Assembly: GCA_964644695.1 (NCBI GenBank)
Contig: CAZXWN010000008.1
Location: 62,001 to 109,180, forward strand
Direction of reading: 5' to 3'
DNA length: 47,180 bases
Origin: an uncultured bacterium
GTDB taxonomy: Bacteria; UBP4; UBA4092
Part shown: positions 40,802 to 47,180 of the stretch, in pieces
How positions within the stretch are numbered: position 1 is the first letter of the stretch
Layout: each line of letters starts with the position of its first letter
Notes under the pieces: generated by a model
Seen by the model: the letters and a program-made list of their open reading frames with translations, nothing else
What the model was told of the DNA's origin: nothing
The model's database searches: none
Made by a program: the position numbers and the translations under genes

Positions 40802-42268
40802 TTAAAAAGAGAATAAAGAAAAAGGAGAGGGATACTCATCCCCGTCTTTCGACATCATTCCAAACGTACCATCCACGGAGCCGCTCAGAATTACTCCGTG
40901 AAAGGTCCGTTTAGATTGAAGATTTACGGTCACATTATTTTCAAGTTCTTCGGCAGCCATCGAGGCGCGCATCTCTACAGAATGAATCCCGATACTGCTT
41001 AAATCCAGATACCCATAACGAGGGTCAAAATACTCAAACTGCTCTTTTGGTAAGCTCATTCTTTTTATGACTAAATCTTCAGGAGTTTTCATAAAATATT
41101 CAATAATCAGCCGATTATCATCTATTGTTATCTCAGTTTTTGTACATGCAGATTTGTATTCCATTGTTACTGTTTTTCCGCGGACACCATACGAAACTGA
41201 AGGGCGTTCAAAATCTTGAAGGATATCGACTAAGGTTATGATGGAAGAAAGAGGGTCCTTATCGAAACTAAGCCGTAAAAAGGGATTCTCCGGAATACCA
41301 TTAGGTTTATTTCCCCAATAAATATCCTTCATATTGTGCATCATAATGGCAGTTGCTATCCATTCAACACATAATAGATGAATAGATGATTCCTGTTCAC
41401 TGGGATATTTTCTGATGCAATCATTTAAATGGAGGAATCCCAGCGCTCCCACGAATCCATGAGTATTTTGTAAGGATTTTTCCGTTAACTCCCGGAGCCT
41501 CTTTTCCCAGGTGGAAGGACAGGCTATATTAGGTTTTTTATACCCATTGAAGGGATAGAAAAGAAGGCGGTTTCCGAAAGTCTTCACTATTTGAGATGTA
41601 TTTTGAAAATCATCTAATAAGGGAGTATTGATCCCGTCAAGGTTTCCTCTCATTCGCTCAGCATACTGCCAGGGATATCCCAGGTCATGGAAAACTGCAG
41701 CAATATAGGCGGCTTCTTCAAATATCACCTTCCATAATTGCTTTGCTAATTCATCATTTTTCAATAAAACATGGTTTTCCTTCATTCCCATGTTCTTTAA
41801 TGAATCTCGGATATATTGAAGCTTCTCATCCTCTGTTATAAATTTAACGATCCGGTCTAAAAATGTCTCGCCGTTAATAGGCATTTTTAATAATTTCAAT
41901 AAAACATATCCACAAAGAGGTTGATGTAATACATGATCCCTTTGGAATTTTCCCCAATCCACAATAGCTAACCAGTCCTCACTCATGACTTCTGGAAGTA
42001 TAAAACGATAGGCAGGGAAGGCTTGGACTGAATAATCCAAAGTTCTCGTTTGTATAGGATATGTGTTCCTAAAACGATCAGGCCCGGTTCTTTTCTTAAG
42101 CTCCTGAAAAGCAATATTCAAATCTCCACGAGCTTTCCTCTCCTTATTCTTTTTTTCTAACTGATGGTAGAGAATGGGGTCAATATTAAAATATGGACAT
42201 AGAACCTCAGGAGGTAATAGAAGACAATCCTTTTTGTATCCTTCCAAAGAAAAAGAAAGACTACTCAT
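40802..42268 (-). CDS. HD-superfamily metal-dependent phosphohydrolase (likely start ATG 42268)
   Basis: RDHVLH, FHDLGYP, THG, AIMMHN, VDILQDFER give the H..HD..H..H..D set; ATGA overlap with the upstream ATPase; AT-rich. Confidence 0.75.
   Translation of the reverse strand: MSSLSFSLEGYKKDCLLLPPEVLCPYFNIDPILYHQLEKKNKERKARGDLNIAFQELKKRTGPDRFRNTYPIQTRTLDYSVQAFPAYRFILPEVMSEDWLAIVDWGKFQRDHVLHQPLCGYVLLKLLKMPINGETFLDRIVKFITEDEKLQYIRDSLKNMGMKENHVLLKNDELAKQLWKVIFEEAAYIAAVFHDLGYPWQYAERMRGNLDGINTPLLDDFQNTSQIVKTFGNRLLFYPFNGYKKPNIACPSTWEKRLRELTEKSLQNTHGFVGALGFLHLNDCIRKYPSEQESSIHLLCVEWIATAIMMHNMKDIYWGNKPNGIPENPFLRLSFDKDPLSSIITLVDILQDFERPSVSYGVRGKTVTMEYKSACTKTEITIDDNRLIIEYFMKTPEDLVIKRMSLPKEQFEYFDPRYGYLDLSSIGIHSVEMRASMAAEELENNVTVNLQSKRTFHGVILSGSVDGTFGMMSKDGDEYPSPFSLFSF
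40863..40912. repeat. 50-nt two-stem hairpin repeat, copy 2
   Basis: AACGtACC/GGTcCGTT and CACGGAG/CTCCGTG stems; direct repeat of 30778-30827. Confidence 0.6.
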
Positions 42269-44196
42269 TTGTTTATTTCCCACAGATTAACAACACCGGA
42301 TAAAACTGACTCAAAGTTTTCATAGGTCACCATTTTCTTAAACTTTTCGTGACTAAGAGTTCTTTCAATAATAACTTGATAACCAATATCACGATATTTT
42401 TTGCAGTCTTTGGGATTTCTAACTATTAACCTCAGAAAATCAAGAATAAACTCCATATCCTTAGGATAGGCTAGTATTTGAGCCTGAGTTTTAGAAACCT
42501 TCATGGAATACACTCCTACTGGAAGCCAATCTTTTGTTGACGGCTGGGGGAAAATTTTCTTCATCATTGATGAGAAGACGTTTCCATATTGCCCCATTAT
42601 TTCTTTAAGCAAATCACTGAATGAAGAAACTTCTGCTAGCGTCTCCAACTCAGATACTAGGATACTTTTGAAAAACCACTCATAGGTTGAATTATGTAAA
42701 GATATTATGCTCATAGAATTTTCAAGCCGATTCAAAAACACATTTTTAGCATTAAAAGGCTTATTCCCAAATTCTTTTATGGCATATACTGTAGAAGGTT
42801 CTAAATCATCCATTTTACCTAAAGATAAATTACTACTTAAAAGCCAATTTTCACTTATATGTGAATAAGTACCCCTATACTGATCGTTATCCTGTTGGAA
42901 AACTATTTCTAGTGCCTTTCCTAATAAATCGTTATATTCGGCAATGAGTTCTTCAAGTCTCTTTTTACTGAAATGGATAGGAGAGGCTTTTAGTAAGTCC
43001 GAATATTCTTTCTCCATTTTGGATAATTTTGGTTCCCACTCTAAACACAACGCAAGTAAGGTCTCATAACTTTCTTTTGCCGAATTTGAATAATCATTTT
43101 CACTGATATGAAACTGCCTTTTAATACCGGAAATATATGAAATCATCCTTTTTTCATTTATAAAATTGTTATCCCCACCAGCTAATGAAGATTGAAAAGC
43201 ATTTATAGGTATGATTTTTTTAAATTCATACGGATATAAGTTTTCCTCATTATCTTCTGGTACCTTATTGATTACGGTTGCAATATAAAATCCGGGATTG
43301 TTGCGATATTCTTGGAAAGGTTTTTCCTGCTTTTTATTTTCTTGATTATTTTTTTCTTTATCAACCTCTTTGGGGTCAGCATTCTTTTGATTTGCATAAG
43401 ATTTAACTAAGGAATTGTCTTTATTGAAAGTAGCCAGTTTCATTAGAAATTTTTGGTGTTTTTCTTCAATACTAAAGTCCGTCTCCAATCCTTCGCTCAA
43501 TTTGTAAAACAAGTCTCCTGCATCGCTTTTGTCCTCTAATAACTTGTGCAGTTTATTTACGGAGATTTCACAGGCTCTCAGGTCTTGTCTATCCAAAGAA
43601 GATACCATCAAAAACTTGTTGAGGACCGGTCCATTGTCTGTCAACCATTCATGTATTATGGGTGACAGTCCCATATATCCCGGCGAGTTATCAAGAATGA
43701 CAGCTACTTTCTGTTCATTATTTTCTGAGTTAACAAAGGATTCAAATTGTTCAATAACTGACTCAATGAATTCTAACAACCAATAACCATGGAGTGCATC
43801 AAACAGTACCCCAGGCTTCTCAATACAGGTTATACTGTCATCATCTTGTTTATTGTTGTATATATGTGAACCTAATAAATTTATCTGATCAATCTTATAT
43901 TTAATCTCCTGGGGGAGCTTTCCAGACATAAAGTCATTGTGAAACAACTCAATCAGATTGGCAGGTTCAGTTTTCTTACCAACGGTAACAGGATGCAGTA
44001 TATCTTTCCAATAAAAAGACTCTCCAATGTCTGTAGCATCTGTTCCCGTGATATCAAGATCCAGAAAGAGGACGGCATACCCTTTTTCAAGAAGCAGTTT
44101 TGCCAAACACAGTGCTGCCGTCGTTTTACCCACCCCGCCCTTCCGTGATTCAACGCTGATAATGAGTTTTTTATTATCGCTGTCATTTGATCCCAT
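42265..44196 (-). CDS. ParA/MinD-superfamily P-loop ATPase with a long C-terminal extension
   Basis: Deviant Walker A SRKGGVGKTT; FLDLD; VILDNSPG; VINKVP; about 330 further residues with no domain I recognise. Confidence 0.8.
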   Translation of the reverse strand: MGSNDSDNKKLIISVESRKGGVGKTTAALCLAKLLLEKGYAVLFLDLDITGTDATDIGESFYWKDILHPVTVGKKTEPANLIELFHNDFMSGKLPQEIKYKIDQINLLGSHIYNNKQDDDSITCIEKPGVLFDALHGYWLLEFIESVIEQFESFVNSENNEQKVAVILDNSPGYMGLSPIIHEWLTDNGPVLNKFLMVSSLDRQDLRACEISVNKLHKLLEDKSDAGDLFYKLSEGLETDFSIEEKHQKFLMKLATFNKDNSLVKSYANQKNADPKEVDKEKNNQENKKQEKPFQEYRNNPGFYIATVINKVPEDNEENLYPYEFKKIIPINAFQSSLAGGDNNFINEKRMISYISGIKRQFHISENDYSNSAKESYETLLALCLEWEPKLSKMEKEYSDLLKASPIHFSKKRLEELIAEYNDLLGKALEIVFQQDNDQYRGTYSHISENWLLSSNLSLGKMDDLEPSTVYAIKEFGNKPFNAKNVFLNRLENSMSIISLHNSTYEWFFKSILVSELETLAEVSSFSDLLKEIMGQYGNVFSSMMKKIFPQPSTKDWLPVGVYSMKVSKTQAQILAYPKDMEFILDFLRLIVRNPKDCKKYRDIGYQVIIERTLSHEKFKKMVTYENFESVLSGVVNLWEINK

Positions 44197-44642
44197 AATC
44201 TCTCCCGTTTTTAATAATTGCCCTGAGTTATCAAGTGCGTAGTATATGATGAAGTAATCAGCATTGTCAAACTTTCAGCTATAGCCTCTGAAAATCACGC
44301 TACAGGGGGAAATAAGAAACCGGTGTTTGAAAGTTTTATCCGTGATTTCAGGGGTGCCGTCCATGGGCCGGACCGGTGGACACCTCCCTCGTGAGTTCTA
44401 TGTGAGGATAGTGTTCACTACTGGCAAAAGGCCAGAATGTTTTTTGACAATTGAATCTGATTACTCATTCACCGGATCATTACTGAGGAATCCTTGTCCG
44501 CCGTCTCCGGGATAAAACACAACTCCTGGTGGATAAAACAACCAGACAGGACTCTGTGTGCAATCTTGACTATGAATACTTGACAGATGGGTTAAACTAA
44601 GTGTGATTGGACTATATCCATTGATAAAAATAGAGAGGCTTT

Positions 44643-45407
44643 ATGGACATCCATTCCGTTGATCCAATTGATGTAACGCTGGCCAGCGAACTAGCCAGCC
44701 AGGGATTATCTATCAATGAAAATCTCTACACCCGATTTTCCCCCTTTTACACTGTATGGGGAGATAAATATCCGCCCTTCATGGTGGCTGTCGCCTGTTC
44801 ACTGGTATGGTCCAAACACGCATTGAATGACCCGGACTTTTTTGCCGCCGCGCTGGAATACCTGGCCGAGGGAGACCCCCATGTATTAGGAACGGCCTCC
44901 GGTTTTTATGGAAAGAATGGTTTGTCCGCCTTATCCGAGGCTCTAGAAGAATATCGAATATTATTCACTCATTGTCCGCCTCCAGATGGTTATGTCTCCG
45001 ATGCGGCCGGACTTCGTGATTTCCAGGATGTCGTCTTAAACACGGCCCAGGAACTGACCTATGCGGGACATATCAAAGGGATTGGCGGATGGTTATTCTT
45101 CGGGCCCTTCAAGGTCCAGTCTGTCTATCGCAAAGATTTATGGCAGGACCCTCTGCTGGATGACATCATATTACCTCTGGGAGTCCATCTCCGCCGAGGC
45201 ATACAACGGTTACGGGAACGAGGTTGTACCATCGTGCCTGAGTTTATTCGAGAATCCACCGGAGACACTATCCCGGGATTAGTGGACAGTTTAGCAGAGA
45301 CAGGATTGTCTCACACCCTGTGCCGAGACCTCGCCCGCCTGTCGGGAAGCCGTGTCCTTCATATCCATTCCGGCCTCCATGATTACGCCAAGACCCTCAC
45401 ACCTTAG
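44643..45407 (+). CDS. Hypothetical protein, possibly HhH-GPD-like fold
   Basis: GAGG RBS; IKGIGGW and LPLGVHLRR resemble the HhH and PxDxHxxR motifs. Confidence 0.55.
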   Translation: MDIHSVDPIDVTLASELASQGLSINENLYTRFSPFYTVWGDKYPPFMVAVACSLVWSKHALNDPDFFAAALEYLAEGDPHVLGTASGFYGKNGLSALSEALEEYRILFTHCPPPDGYVSDAAGLRDFQDVVLNTAQELTYAGHIKGIGGWLFFGPFKVQSVYRKDLWQDPLLDDIILPLGVHLRRGIQRLRERGCTIVPEFIRESTGDTIPGLVDSLAETGLSHTLCRDLARLSGSRVLHIHSGLHDYAKTLTP

Positions 45408-45415
45408 TCAATAAA

Positions 45416-45446
45416 AAAGGATGCCTGAGTCAATCAGGCATCCTTT
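45416..45446. terminator. Bidirectional intrinsic terminator
   Basis: 13-bp stem AAAGGATGCCTGA/TCAGGCATCCTTT between convergent genes. Confidence 0.85.
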
Positions 45447-45473
45447 GATAAGACAGTTTACTTAACTGCAAAT

Positions 45474-46940
45474 TTACTCGATAACTTCAAATGAACCTAA
45501 CTCAACAGGGACCAGAGAAGATTCTCCAATTCTAGTCACGAAGATATCATTAGAACCTGAATAAGCACCTGTCGTCTTGGGGAAGTCTGATGAAGCAGTC
45601 TGCCCGGCAACATAAGCATTTCCGGCAGCATCCAAGGAGATCCCTTTTACAGCATCAACACCACTCCCTCCAAGATAGGTTGAGAAAATCAAATCTGTCG
45701 CTGTGGGATTCATTTTCACGACATAGGTATCGGAGTTTCCATTAGGGCTAAAATCAAAAGTCCCGGGAGTGGTTGGAAAATCTGTAGAGTAGGTAACACC
45801 GCTGAGATAGATATTACCCGCCGTATCAACAGCTACACCTTGTCCATTATCGTCACTTGTACCCCTCAAAAGTGTCGAAAATACCAGAGCATTTCCGGAT
45901 GGATTCAGCCGGGTCACAAAAGCATCCGACGATCCGGATAAAGAAGAGTTATAAGCATTTACTGTACAGGGGAAATTAGAAGAAGCGGTTTGACCTGTTA
46001 CATAGACACTATTGTCAGAGGCAAGATATAAACCCCTCAAATACTCATCGCCGGTTCCTCCCAGATAGGTGGAATAAACCAAAGCTCCTGTAGTATTCAG
46101 CTTGGTAATAAATCCATCTGAGCTTCCGCTCATAGCTGTTGTATAAGCCCCAAAAGTCGTTGGGAAATTACCAGAACTTGTGTATCCGGCTATATAGGCA
46201 TTTCCCGTAGTATCCACTCGAACTTTTCGAGCATAGTCAGAATTGCTGCCCCCCAGGTAAGTGGAATAACTTATAGCCGTTCCAGTTGCATTGATTTTAG
46301 TGACAAAGGAATCATCTGTACCCGATAAGGCTGTGGAAACAACTCCTACTGTAGTAGGGAAATTTGTGGAGGCTGTATTGCCAATTATGTACGCATTCCC
46401 TGCGGCATCAACTGTGATATCTCTGGCATAATCATTTCCAGTGCCTCCGATATATGTTGAATATACCAGGGCATTCCCGGAAGCATTTAATTTAACAACG
46501 AAGGCATCACTGGCTCCTTTATTCGCAGTACTGATAGCCCCTAAAGTCGTTGGGAAATTAGTTGAATCTGTGTATCCAGTAATATAGGCATTTCCTGTTG
46601 CATCAATTGCAACACCTTCTGCCCGCTCTGTCCCACTTCCACCAATATAGGTGGAGTAAACCAAACCGGTCCCCGTTGGATTCAGCTTGGTAACAAAAAT
46701 ATCATAGCTGCCGGCATTACTGGCAGTGTATCCCCCTAATGTTGGATAATCCGTTGAGTTTGTATAACCAACGACATAAACATTGCCCGCCGAATCACAG
46801 GTAAAGGAATACGGCACATCACTGCTGCCTCCTCCTATAAATGTAGAATAATCCAAGGTTGAAGAACTAAAAGACAGTACTGTGAGTAATGAGAATAGAC
46901 TTACTAACAAACCCTTAATATTTAACTTTGACATCGGCAC
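45474..46940 (-). CDS. Secreted SBBP beta-propeller repeat protein with VPVEL C-terminal tag
   Basis: About 7 repeats of YSTYxGG...VDxxGNAYxxGxTxSxNFPTT...DxFVxKL; signal peptide; ends VPVELGSFEVIE. Confidence 0.9.
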   Translation of the reverse strand: MPMSKLNIKGLLVSLFSLLTVLSFSSSTLDYSTFIGGGSSDVPYSFTCDSAGNVYVVGYTNSTDYPTLGGYTASNAGSYDIFVTKLNPTGTGLVYSTYIGGSGTERAEGVAIDATGNAYITGYTDSTNFPTTLGAISTANKGASDAFVVKLNASGNALVYSTYIGGTGNDYARDITVDAAGNAYIIGNTASTNFPTTVGVVSTALSGTDDSFVTKINATGTAISYSTYLGGSNSDYARKVRVDTTGNAYIAGYTSSGNFPTTFGAYTTAMSGSSDGFITKLNTTGALVYSTYLGGTGDEYLRGLYLASDNSVYVTGQTASSNFPCTVNAYNSSLSGSSDAFVTRLNPSGNALVFSTLLRGTSDDNGQGVAVDTAGNIYLSGVTYSTDFPTTPGTFDFSPNGNSDTYVVKMNPTATDLIFSTYLGGSGVDAVKGISLDAAGNAYVAGQTASSDFPKTTGAYSGSNDIFVTRIGESSLVPVELGSFEVIE

Positions 46941-47055
46941 TAATACTCCTTTTTAGAATATAGTCACTTGTGTATTTTATGTTCTTAATAATCTAAATGT
47001 CAATATTTTAAGTGTTATCAAAATTCTATTGTGTTGGGATTTACTGATTCGCAAT

Positions 47056-47089
47056 AAAAAAAGATGCCCGATAAAATCAGGCACCTTTT
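47056..47089 (-). terminator. Probable terminator of a gene extending beyond the window
   Basis: Minus strand AAAGGTGCCTGAT/ATCGGGCATCTTT with T tail; similar in sequence to the 45416 terminator. Confidence 0.7.
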
Positions 47090-47180
47090 CGCAACTAACA
47101 AAATCAGAAAGCGTTAACAGAAGACTTTATTGTGATCATATCCTGGGATGCGGTGGAGTCTCAGGACGCAGTTCATCCCG

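Noticed and set aside
42265-44196. Calling this gene parA or minD
   Set aside because: It is twice the normal length, lacks partner genes and has foreign composition; only superfamily membership is supported.
45540-46860. Recurring nucleotide repeats, possible CRISPR array
   Set aside because: They are in-frame SBBP protein repeats; there is no repeat-spacer pattern or cas gene in the window.
47114-47180. Possible 3' end of a minus-strand gene or a structured RNA at the window edge
   Set aside because: Two frames are open and the sequence is truncated, so it cannot be assigned.

Overview
Bacterial chromosomal window, mostly minus-strand genes, probably from a diderm candidate-phylum organism. 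The orphan 'YDPTNGTVSxGD' pilin and the RpoC '[16 protein letters not shown]' insert suggest a Sumerlaeota/BRC1-like lineage (inference only). Core content: a GHL10-like hydrolase; an ECF sigma and ZAS-FecR-TPR anti-sigma pair flanked by two paralogous beta-propeller lipoproteins; radical SAM, DJ-1 and TPR genes; rpoBC detached from its usual ribosomal-protein neighbours and preceded by a multi-hairpin leader; an Opp/Dpp-type ABC importer next to a PD40-DUF4855-discoidin protein; amrS; a DUF134 regulator with a perfect palindrome over its promoter; ferritin; a multidomain polysaccharide deacetylase; two tandem GH27 alpha-galactosidases; an SBBP-repeat protein. Two AT-rich two-gene islands are present: a known IetA/IetS-type pair (AAA ATPase + S8 protease) and an unrecognised, translationally coupled ParA/MinD-like ATPase + HD phosphohydrolase pair, the best candidate for a new defence system. 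Other main leads are a shared C-terminal VPVEL[SG]xFE tag on two unrelated secreted proteins (candidate sorting/anchoring signal) and a 50-nt covarying hairpin found once at an edge of each island. All family calls come from motif recognition by eye; no searches were run.
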